From: Balanoglossus misakiensis
Lineage: Eukaryota; Animalia; Hemichordata
Length of the DNA: 64,000 nt
NCBI GenBank assembly: GCA_040954595.2
Contig: CM082594.2
Coordinates: 6,023,962 to 6,087,961 of the forward strand
Direction of reading: 5' to 3'
Shown: piece after piece, positions 52,416 through 64,000 of the stretch
Layout: every line of letters starts with the position of its first letter
Numbering within the stretch: the first letter of the stretch is position 1
Position numbers and translations under genes: made by a program
Notes under the pieces: model-generated
Told to the model about the DNA's origin: nothing
Databases searched by the model: none
Seen by the model: only the letters and a program-made list of their open reading frames with translations

Positions 52416-52689
52416 GCCCAGATGCTCGTCAGTCTACACGTGTTATTATTATCGGTGGTATGAAGTTTGGAAGTACCTTGATTTCCTGTCGCGAGATCAA
52501 CAGACGAGGTGAAAGACTTCGTGCATGTTACCTGCGTGCGCTCGCAGTGTTCCCCTGGCATACGTCACTCTGGTACAGAAGCTGCCTGTCCAGGTAGAAC
52601 GCGTGGCACGTCAGTTTCTACCTGATTCCCCTGTTGTCCAAACTCCAACAGACGGGCGATGCGTAATCCAAACACGGGCATACATAGAC

Positions 52690-53030
52690 GCGCACTGAGA
52701 GCTGACGGTACTGATTGGCAGTGGGCTTGCGCCGGTCTCTGCTCGAACGCGGTGCTCTGCTGGCGCTGGTTGAGAGAGAGAGAGAAAAAAGACACGCGCG
52801 GAAGACTGGATTTGTTGAGCAGGGGGTCGAGAACGACGGCTATGACACGGATGGGTTTCCACTTGGTTGCAGGAAGTCTCCACGGTGCATCGTTTGTTCC
52901 AGTGTTATCCTACGCCAGTCGGTGACTGAATAACAAACGCTGCATTCACCCACTCGCCCTTCGTTCGCCTGGCCCGCTTTTCACAGAGATTAAAATCAGC
53001 AAGGCATCGAGGCGACAGGGCGCATGCGCC
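52690..53030 (-). promoter_or_regulatory. Candidate promoter/5'UTR region of the receptor gene
   Basis: CpG-rich stretch upstream of the ATG. It holds an Inr-like TCAGTC (52929-52924, minus strand), an NRF1-type palindrome GGCGCATGCGCC (53019-53030) and a CCAAT box GCCAATCAG (52719-52711). Motif evidence only. Confidence 0.3.
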
Positions 53031-56000
53031 GTGTAGTGATGACAACGCCGCGTGGAGTTTCGTTCAGAGTGGGATCTCAGCCGTGGACACTGAAGTATTC
53101 AGCGAGCCACGTCATTTCACGCACATTTTATTTATACGCATGCTGGTAGTAAACCGTTTCCATTGAAGCCTGTGAAAACACCCCTCTTGATGTTTTCTGT
53201 GCCCAGCCCACCAGCTCAATGTAAACGTTGCATATGATGCAGACAGGCGCTGTATGCAAACATCTGTCGTTTCAAGGGCCAACCAATGATATGCATGACA
53301 AGGTGCATTCTCATTCATCGGTACTTTCGACAACTTCATCGGCAGGGATATTGGAAGTTGAGACGCACCAATGCAACAACCCTTACGAGATGTTCATGGA
53401 TTCAGCGCAACTTCTCCATTAAACAAACTTTGACAGTTGACATCTCGGAAATACTCATGTATTCTATAGCGTCCGTGCCACTCCATGTTCTAAGCTCGGC
53501 TCTATTGTACGACCCAGAGGCACTTTCGCTTGCACTCCAGGGGCTTTCATTCCCCCCATAAACAGGTTTCAATGGCTTCCAAACGCAAAAGAAAAGGGAG
53601 CTTACTGGGTTCTTTCTCATTAAAATCGCCACATTCGTGTCGTTTGTTCCACTGTGCAAAACACCAGCGCCGAGGATGATCTGTTTACCGGGCAAAGACA
53701 AATCCGTTTACACTCCAGTTCACCCACTTTCAACTTGTGATCATGTCCAAACCCACTTTTAAGCACCCCTATTCTGTGAACATACCACAGGAAAGGACAG
53801 AATAAAAGTGGTGTTGGTCTTGCGATAAGCTCGCCATCTAGTGACGATACAAAAATGTTACCGCTTGACCGACTGCTAAACATGCAAGAAGTATTACAGA
53901 AGACATTCCAGGTGGCATGGCACGTCAGGAGACGGGTATGCAAATCACCATTCAAGTGAAAATGAGCATCCCTGTCGTGCCACGTGGACGATAGTGATTC
54001 CTGAATTGGCGTCACCGCTACCTGGCGTGTCACCACAGCCACGCACAATAAAATGGGAGGGGAAATGCTTGTGTTATATGGCGCCCCGAGCGGCGACAAA
54101 GTGAAAATTTTCCGCACCACGACATCATGCAGTCTTATGTTGCCGTTGAGGCGACTTTTAGAAGTGCGACCTCTGTGGTTACCTGACCACAAAACATTAC
54201 TTTGTTTTTATTCTCATACGGCGCATTTCTTTCAAACAGTGCACCCCGTCGGCAAACGTGATCGATTAGCAGAGATTTGCATGGCTTTCCACTAACGATG
54301 CATGAATTTCTCGCAGTGGAATGGTCATGCGAAAAATGTGAGAGACAACCCTTAGTGGGGGATAGACCTCTGTATCCATAACACAGCGACCTCCACTGAT
54401 TATTACAGTGACCAACATTTTACGGGCCATTGATCCGTTTTAACGATCCATGTAATTCAATTCATTACCGTATGCTTACTATACAGTTTGGTAAAAGAAC
54501 ACGCTATCGTGTTTACAACTCCAAAATAAATGCTGGCTCACAGTTGTACAAAGAGCACGACTCTGTGTATAATAATAGGCGACCAGAACTGTCCTAAGGT
54601 TTACAAGCGGTCTCGGTTTTATGACTACCCGGACGAGGTCTCGACGATCCGTGATACCGATGCAGCACCGCTGGCTTGGCAACACGGGGATAAGCCCCGT
54701 CCGAGGTATGCTCGTTTACTTAACGAGGGCGCGTGTAAATAGGGGATATTCAATTGGACAAAACAAGGTATTTGGCCAAGGATGACCGGTTTTACTGAGT
54801 TTGGAGTGTCGGAGCAGGGTTTACAGCACCGCACATTACGACCTTAAACGATAATAACGGAGAAACTGACAGTGCGGAGAACGGTTCACTTAAGGACAGG
54901 ACGGAAGATGAATCGACACAGCGTACAAAAAAAACACTGAGATAACAATAAAAGGACAATGAACCAATAAAACAAACAAAACCCAGCGCCACAACAATAA
55001 TCGGCCGACATACCAGCTACAGGGGAGATTCATTCCACCCTAGTATGTTTGTGCAGCTTGAAAGTCGACGTCTTGCAATTTTCTTACATACATACGGTCC
55101 ATCTACCTAACGTGCACAATTATGACGCAGATTGGCATATAAACAATCAAACCAGCTATAAAAATTTAATTTACGACCAACATGGTCTCCGCGGCATTTC
55201 GCGGTTTTATATCTTGTTCTGTCGATATAATTACTTTTATACCATCTCTTTGGATGTCAATGACACGAGAAACGCAACGGTCGTCACGAACAACTCGATG
55301 TTTAAATCCACACCATACGAGTCGGCTGGTGTCAAATTGTAAAAACACCACGTGGCATGACAACCGTTAGTGCTCAAATTTCCCACAGCAGGCTAGGCGA
55401 GCAATTCAGTGCAAAGTTCGCCTTTTTTCCATCATGGCCCCTAAATTAGGACTTTAACTCGTTCAAGAGCACGCTTGGACCACTAGAGGTCGAAGCAACC
55501 ACCGCATCTCGATCACTCGGGAAACTTGAACGCCGCCAGCCGAGAAACGGTTTGCAAATGGATTTCTTGTGTGTGTTTTTAACCTTTAAAAGCAAACTTT
55601 ACCCTTACTAAGCAAACAACACTTGACACCTTACTTCGTAGTATTGGTATGACAAATATCTACGGAGTGGCAGGCTTTCCCATTTCGAGGGGCATAAAAA
55701 CACAAACAGTTATCCCAAGCTCAGTGATAAGTGACCGAATATCCGGGAAACAACTGGTTTTGTCGTTGCCAAGCACATCCCTGTGGAATAAAACAATTCA
55801 TTGTTTCCACTGCAGATTAGGGTTACTGTTTTGATTCTGTCGAATCAACAATCTGGGTCACACTGCGCAGAATGTATATCAACGCCCTAGCAACGATTGT
55901 CAGTGATTCATAAACAATTTTATCACCACTGCCAAAACAACTGGTTTCAGTGCCGAAAGTCTTATACGCGATCTGTACTGCTTTCTTGGATGTTTAGTGC

Positions 56001-59000
56001 GTCCGCCGATGTGGCCAGGCTCTCTGTCATTGTCTATCGTGTCCTTCACGTTGTTTATGATAGGTTCCGTACGTATGTTATAGTCTCCCTATCTATTCAC
56101 AACTGTCATACAATCTTTCTCCGACCAGCTAATTATTTGAAAACAAAAATAAATTTTACTTGTAAATCGTTTTCGTACGTTAATACCACGCATACTGCTC
56201 CATAGTACACAAGAACACTATGAACTATAGCCTAAGCTTACACTGGTCAGTACCTCACTGGCGCCCTCTGGTCAAGTATGAACCAGCTTTGTGACAACGC
56301 AAGGGAATGCGCTCATCTCAAATAGCGCCAGCAACGAGCGATTTGCCTTCCTAGGTATGAGCGATTTCAGTATACTAAGCCTATGTACTTGTAATATAAC
56401 GAGAGATTGCATGAGTGAGCACTCCAACTGCAATAAGGAAAATTGCACACATTGTAAAGATGTTCCGTTAAATAGAACGCTTTCCTTCAAGTTTTTATTC
56501 TCCAAATAAACCCGCGATGGGCATCTCAGCGAATGAATGCGTTTTCAACTCTTGAGGAGCGGCTCACTAACTTTAACAAAAAACGAAACGTCATAAAAGT
56601 GGGCCGTATACTATGGTTACGACCGTCGAGTATAGCGTAAGATTGTGTGATAACAGACGGTGAATTTTAAAAGACTATTTCTCATCAGTTTCTTGTTATT
56701 AAAATTTAATTGAAACCTATTAAATGCAATGAGCTTGGTTAGAGCCCGCCCCTACTAGTAGACACCGGTATCGAGGGAACACATCGGCGTTCTTTTCTTC
56801 GCTGAGTTCTATTAGTCTGTCACTCCGATGCGAAAGGAGTCTTAGATTTACCACTTCGCTCGGATTCAAAGATTGAATTTCAGTCCCAGATCGCTGGCGC
56901 ACCTGAGACACAGTTCGGCAATCAAGATTCACAAGCCGCGTTCGAGACTCCCGTCAAAGTGTCGACAGCCAGGGCGAACACATTACAAAAGCTGCGAAGC
57001 ATCCGTCTGCTCTAACGCCGGTTATGACTCTCAGCCAGCCCACAATACTCCCCTGATTGCAAATCAGCGGACGATTAATGAACTCTGAGGTCGAGCAGAC
57101 GACACCTCACAAATGTAGCTCTAGAAGTCATCATGCGACTCGCGAGAGCACAAAATGGTGCACCAAGCGTGACTGGCTCAGAAACCACAGTATTCTGGGG
57201 GGAAATTTCATCGGACATGAGAAGTAGATATGTATTAAATTTTGCGTCGAGGAGATTTTGGTGGGCTAGATTTAGCCTATGCTTCCTTCAAACGAGCATG
57301 ATTATCAAGCACGGAATAACTACTTACAAAATTAATATTGTCCCACTAGACCATTATCGAAACTCCAACCTTCAAATTTGAGAAATCCTGGTTTATCCTA
57401 GAGACGCTCATATAGGGAGGGAGCATTGCCAAGGTACATGTACCATGGGATGGCTACAAGTAAGCTATGTACGTGGAACACAAAACGTGTCAAAGTAAAT
57501 TTGGCAAGACGTCAACTGTGGTTGCAAGTCTCCCTTGCCCCCAGGCAAGAAGGTCTACACGGTAAAGTTAACCCAAACAAAGTACTGTGCAAATTTAGAC
57601 GGTATGGCCATGTGTTGATACAACGATAATCAAACAAGGCACGATCCCATACACTGTTTTGTTTTGATAAATAGCCACTGCTAAGATTTTAGAGAACGAG
57701 AATGATATATGCAGAAGTTTAACTAATGATAATTGATATTTGGAGAACGCAGCCATATGTACATGTAAATATACGTATGCCACGAGCACAGGGATAATAT
57801 CTTTTGAGTGAACAGATAAGCTTTTGGGAGGGGTCATTTCGAAGAAAATTTGAAAGTATGAGTACTGGCATAACACGCAATCGTTGGGCTCAACTCTTTG
57901 CTTGCGTTAGTACCTTATCATATACATGTGCATTACCCTATATGCTATGGTATGTTCTGTATCGTGATAAAACATTCAGGGGTCGAAGACATCGTAATGG
58001 AACCATTTGCACATGGTGAGAGGACGTTATTGGACGGCGCAAATGACTGCATTTTCGGCATGATATGCTTCAAGGTGTGCGTGACCACATGGTGTTTTTG
58101 TGGTGTATGTGTTTGCCCAGGGGCGCCAGGCGTCGCTTGTGAGAATGTAGCCCCGAAGAGAAGATAGACAGTCTAGATACCGGTGGGGGAGCGGAGCCAG
58201 CGCTTTCAAGTTCGCGGGCCTCATCACTACCTACTGAGTGCAAAGCACTCGCAGAAGACGGGGTGACTTCGTGAACTACTCAAGAACTAAATACTAGTAT
58301 TTGTCGAAAGTTGGTTGACAGATTCGACTGCAGGTATTTTGACATTTGCAAACAACATTCAGAGATTCCCGGTAACCTATAAGACAATGTAATTGGACTG
58401 CTAGTGTCAAATATGGCATAACGAGATAGCATTAGGCATATTATTCCCGTGACATTGCGTACATATATCTGGGTGGTCATACATCTGCAATTTAACACTA
58501 AAATGCTATTCAGCGTTGAGAACATCTCCACTATCCAATCCGAACACCATTTACACTCCTTCGTTTGAGAAGATTTGCCTGCCCCAATACAACTGATTCA
58601 CCAGGAGAGGATAAATACTGCATATTCAACATAATTGGCGTCGTTATTCAATTAATAGCCGGCGATTAACACGCAACAACCGTTCGGTTTTTCAGTCCAG
58701 CGCACTTAATTTTCGTCGTGTGCCACGCTGCCTGTAGGACACACCACTTGGGCTACAACAAGTTCCAGCAAATTTCACGTTGATTAAAACCACGCAAGCG
58801 TGAAAGGGGTACTGCGGGGCTAGGACGCGTGACTGAAAGCGCGCGGAATGGATGGAGACGTCGTTCAGGCTTTTCATCATCTCAAATGGTTTCCCTGTAA
58901 GCTGTAGATGACGATGGATTATGATCCATAAAGGCAATCTCCTCCGTTCTCGTCAGGGCAACGGCCCAGCGTTCTTAGAAAGATTTCTCAATTCATGAGA

Positions 59001-61180
59001 AAACCTAGAAATGGGATTTCATTCGAGGGGTGTGGCTACCACTGTAATACAGCCGAAGCCATTTTACTGTAACTTTCAGCTAACTTAGTTTTGTTTTTGT
59101 AATTAAAGTACATGCAGTTGTTGTTGTTGTTTTTGTCCGGCCACAATGCGAGTTCATGCCGCCAGAATGTTGTCCATTCCGCTGTATGTCACGATACGCC
59201 TAAAATATGAAGACTTCGTGCATTGAGGCTAGATTTCGGCGAGACCAGTGCCCTATAAAAGTGGGAAATTACAGCCTGTGAAATGGTTACCTACTTAAAC
59301 TGTGATGGAAGTGCTAAAGTCCCCATTAGCCACAACATAAAAGTTAAAGGGAGCGCATAAAAGCTATTTTTTGCGAAAACACTTTAGAATGCATATGATC
59401 ATATTCGGCCAAGTGGAAAGAATAACCCTGTCATATATACAGCTGAAAACAACTGGTCAGAGACAACGGGCCGTCCAAAGTAGGCGCTTTGTAAAAGATT
59501 CGCCAGATTACTCTAAAAAAATAGCTTTCTTTTAGGCAAATGATTATTTCCCGAGAGCAGAGCACGCAATATTGGACGTTCTCATAGCCACAACGTTGCC
59601 CGAGACCGTTCAAGAGATAGTGCCTGTATACCATCACCAAGCAGATGAATCAGCCGAAACGCAAGAAAGTAACATCGAGTTGGTCGGTACGTATGGTCAG
59701 ATTGACGAGGACAAATTGAATGCAGACGGCATCAAGTCAAGTAAAAAAAATCGATTTCTCCGTCGCAGCCCAGTATCATCCTTCAGTGTTTGCTACATCC
59801 GGGGACGCCAAAATGCCGGGCATCATGTGCAGAACAGCCGGAGCGGAGAGCGTGCGATAAACGAGCTGAATTTCGATCATCCATTTAAGCGAGTCCCCCA
59901 AGACAGATAGACATGATAAATCCAAACATTAGGACAAGCGAGGGGTAAATATATCAACTGATTCGAGAAATCGATACTTCTAACCATTAAGACGGGTACT
60001 ACAGTGCGTTCACTCCAACATAGGGTCGGTTGAAGACATCTTATCACAAAATCAATTGAAGACTCCAGAATTTTACAATTACGTAAGGCTTACTAATGAA
60101 GACTCTGTTATCGTTTAAGAATTAAACTGAGCTCTCTTCTGACTACAAATATTGTAATGGGACAGCTAATGTTGACGCAAAATTACTTATATGTGTTATG
60201 TATAGGTTAAAGTCCGGCAAATCAGTCTGACTTGTCCGCACTTAAAAATCACGTCAAAAGATCACAGCGACCTGGTCCCCAGTTAACGTATGAAGGCAGG
60301 TCATCGGTACATCACCCAATTGGCCAAAATGGTACAATTTCCACTAAATGCCCAACGAGATACACTTCACACAACACAAAATGAAAAGCAATCAGTGAAT
60401 CTGCGCATGCGGAAAACAAACTTCTCGTAAGCACCGTTCATATTTTAACTAATGGTACAATATTCTGGGAACTTTAACAGCTGCCGGGATTACAGATAGA
60501 AGAATATTGAAATGCCTGGCAATCGTGTTAGGTTTTATGCTTCTTAAAAGACCTGTCATCTGTAATGCAATGCTTTGATGTGACAGGACGATTTGAACTC
60601 CCTGTATAGGATCATTCCTATCACTTATCACTACTCGTTATGACCATGGCGGGTTCACTTAAACGTCAAAATATAATGTAATCGCTACAGCTGACAACTT
60701 AATTGCAGAACGAATCGTTCTACGAAAATTGAACCATTCAGTGGTTTCCTGTATATTAGCAAATATAGATGGAAAATCGCAAGTTTACTCATGCCATATA
60801 TACGAATAGATTAATAACTGCATTGCACCAAAACCGCGTCCGTTGAATCAAATTCGTGAATAGGCAACTCACTATAGCTGACAAGTTTACGTCGAACCCC
60901 CTGGACGCATAAACTCTTATTTTAACCTGGGATGAATTCCATGTAATCTAATATTTAAGAAACTAATGTTCAGTCGATTTCAAACGATTTCTGATGTGTA
61001 CGGAGGCTGCGCAACCTAATTGCCCAATATTCCACAAAGAGTCGACCAAAGCAGAACCATGACAACCTGCGATTCCGCATGTTCCGATTGGCATAAAAAC
61101 GTAAATAACTCCCCCACCAGAACAAATTTATGTCCAATCTGATATCAAAAGCAAGCCAATTTTCCAATATTGATTTAACA

Positions 61181-61222
61181 TGAACGTCACCACGGATACT
61201 AGTGAACGTCACCACGGATACT
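61181..61222. repeat. Tandem duplication with 22-bp period
   Basis: TGAACGTCACCACGGATACT is identical at 61181 and 61203. Confidence 0.9.
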
Positions 61223-64000
61223 GTGACTTCTCTCTGCAGTAACTACGAACTGGCTTTAAGGTCGCAATTCACTCGTCGTGTAAATTAAACGTTTTACAGA
61301 CCATTGAGAACATTAGCGTTTACAAGGCCAAAAAAGATGAGGTCGGCGGCGGATGTAGTTACACGTGACGTCAGAGGCATGCAGAGACGACCCACCATCG
61401 CTCCCGCAGATTTAGGAGTCCCAAGAGACCCCAGTTTCAATCGTCAGTTATCAATTGACAATTTCTCAACATTGTGAACAGCGGTGAAATTCTCAATGGA
61501 AAAAGATGGAGGCAGCGATCGTCACCGCGGGGATCCGTCCATCGTGAAGACGACAAAAAGTGAAACCAGGGTGACGTGTATATGTCAGGTTTATATAACA
61601 AAATACGTCCTTCCTGTACGATTCAAGGTGCGTCACTCGGCCAATAATCTAATAGATATGAATGGAATAGAGCAACGAATCCCAGGCGATGTAGTCGGAG
61701 CCCAACTGCTCCTATTTTCGATCAGGAAAATGTGGTTATTTGTGAAAATAGCCTTAATCAGCAGGAAACCGGACAAACCAAAAATTTCTGCCACACGGAA
61801 AATCACTCATTTTTTTCAATAATTAGGTTTAGAGAACTTGTCCGAATATGTGGCATATTCTGTCATATCGTGATTGTTACATTACGGATTTCAATATATT
61901 TCCGATATTGAGTTGTAATCTGAAAGTCGACAGCAACATGTGAAAATTATTTTTACACACACTGTCTTTCTTCTCAAAATCTGATTTCCTTTCGACTGAA
62001 ATTGAGTTATCTTTCAAGCAAGACACGAGATATGACCTGCTCTGATGATCCCAGAGGATTTTCGCTTCACAGCCTGCAGTTATGCCTGCTGTCAATCAGT
62101 CGTGTCCTGACAAGTTCAGGCGACGGAACCCTCCCATGTCACTGAGCAGACGACAAGTTCCAGAATCGCGTACCGTGAAAATAACATCAAAACAAACCGA
62201 TGCTCGTGTACTTTGGTCGTCGCCACACTAACTGATATCATTACTCACTCGCAGCAACTTTTGTGAACGACAATTATGGCGCGACATGACAGGTAATAAC
62301 TGCTTTTATGAGAGCCCTCCCTCTGACAAGTGAGTTTGTTTGTGTAAGATTCATACAGAACAAACGCCATTTTGTAACCGACCGACCAAATGACTGTAAA
62401 ACACTATTATCGAACAACGCAGATATATGTCTCTACTCAATCTCCATAACAACAGCGGATACAGGTCTAGAACACTGAGTTTCATTTATTTTCTTCTGAA
62501 ATCCCATTTGAGCGATCTGTATTCAGTTAATTTACTCAAAAAATGAAACGACAGCTCGGCCCTGCCGCAAGGGCAGTGATTTGCCGAGTTTTCTTTCCAT
62601 TAGGGATGTGTATATCATAATTGGCTCCGCAAAATATTAGGCGAGATTATTTCGTGTTTGCCATTATAATCAGACGTCACTGCAAATCATAACAACTTGT
62701 CTTGCTTGCTAACGGTCGGAGCCAGGGGCACGTTTCAATTCAGTACAACATGCGCGGCAACTACAATCAGTTTAGGAACATAACTGCACCTTATCAGCGA
62801 ATCAGTTTATCTTAATTCAAGCCAGCGCACAAGTGATTTTTGTCGTAAACTTTAGATTATATTTGTAAACTTCAGTTGATGGAAATTCGTAATCTGTCTG
62901 TCTGCGTCTGTGCAGGGCATTCAAACCTTTGCTTCCACATGATGAAGCCATGTTGTATCCATATAATACATAATTGGTTTCGCGGCCATATTTGAGTGCA
63001 GCACCCGTTTATTGTATTGTTCAAACTTGCACACCTTCAATGGTGAGTAATACTTGAATCGCCACTCAAAGAACGTCTACATGAAATGATATTTTGTATG
63101 GGAAGAATTAGTGCTATATAATTCGTCTAGATCATTTGGGGGCTAAATACGATCACTGACAACATTCGGACATAAATATGAGAGTTAAGACTTATCAACG
63201 TGCGCATTTGCTTAAGAAATGTATCATTCATCATTTCATATCGAAATACAAAGTACGGACTATAAATTGATACTGAGCATATCAGGCGCAGGTACAGCGC
63301 TCAGAGATGCGAACTATTGATGAAATAGACGATGGTCTATTCGTATCAACTATTTGTTTAATTAAGGCATTGTTTTCCGCGTGATTTGGTCTGCTTTTGC
63401 TAAAATTTACTTCGGATGGCGTGTCGTCGCAAAATGTCGCTTGGGGCGATGTGTTTTCTTTTCACATACGCTTCTACTGCCCGGCGTTTTTTGTACGTGT
63501 CATTTGCTCGATATATGGAGGGGATTTTTTCCAACATTAATACCCACGCATGCTATCGCTAATAGTCTGAGCTTGCATTTTACCGAAGAATTTCGATTGC
63601 TTTTTTTTCTAAAAAGTCATATACCCGCAAGCATAGCATTTGTGAGCTGTGTGCTTCGCAACAGTTTGTCTCGATTTTTCTATAACGTTGAGGGCGCGTA
63701 ACATTACTGAGCCTGCGAAATTATTTGCCTTGTTTTGAACCAGCCAATTAATTCGCGTTGTAGCCAATAATGCATGAGTTTTTGTACATATAATATTTTA
63801 AACTCGTCTCTCCTTATTCAATTTTTTTTCAATGTTTGAACCTCACCATAAGATGTCTATTCCTAACAATTCCTTTTACATTTCAACACGCAGTTTTATA
63901 CGACCCGGTTTATCTGGCATTAAGATAAAAGCGACCGTTGACGGGGCAATAAAGTTATTACAAATCTCAAAGGCGTCCCTGATAACTTTGTGATACGTGT

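Noticed and set aside
51783-52463. Long ORFs (226, 150 and 161 aa) overlapping exon 1, antisense or in an alternative frame
   Set aside because: Shadow ORFs expected from the GC-rich codon usage of the real exon; no recognisable motifs.
53620-54192. 190-aa minus-strand ORF upstream of the receptor
   Set aside because: Non-ATG start, no recognisable domain, composition like random sequence; the receptor ATG already has an in-frame upstream stop.
60970-61215. ORF containing RRLSWFCFGRL, reminiscent of the ANP/BNP sequence RRSSCFG
   Set aside because: Lacks DRI and the second ring cysteine and has no signal peptide; a chance match.

Overview
This is eukaryotic (animal) genomic DNA that is mostly intron; an invertebrate deuterostome is inferred from the repeat content and gene style but cannot be proven here. 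The window is dominated by the 5' half of one minus-strand, multi-exon gene for a natriuretic-peptide-receptor-type receptor, most likely an NPR-A/NPR-B-like receptor guanylyl cyclase. Five coding exons were read directly from the sequence: 52415-51659, 24182-23863, 20683-20548, 18585-18491 and 6235-6103. All have canonical GT-AG junctions and compatible phases (1,0,1,0,1). They splice to 1441 nt (480 codons plus 1 nt), covering the signal peptide, the whole ANF-receptor ectodomain and the juxtamembrane CGFQGELC motif. No transmembrane, kinase-homology or cyclase exon was found, so these presumably lie beyond coordinate 1. The introns (27.5, 3.2, 2.0, 12.3 and >6.1 kb) contain a complete Helentron/HINE-like non-autonomous element, degraded TTAA-flanked MITE-like copies, microsatellites, several RFX X-box motifs and a duplicated fold-back hairpin just after exon 4. 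The 11 kb upstream has no recognisable gene, but one plus-strand exon-like open frame with a propeptide-like look is flagged as speculative. Almost all other ORFs in the supplied track look like chance ORFs. No rRNA, tRNA or CRISPR was seen.
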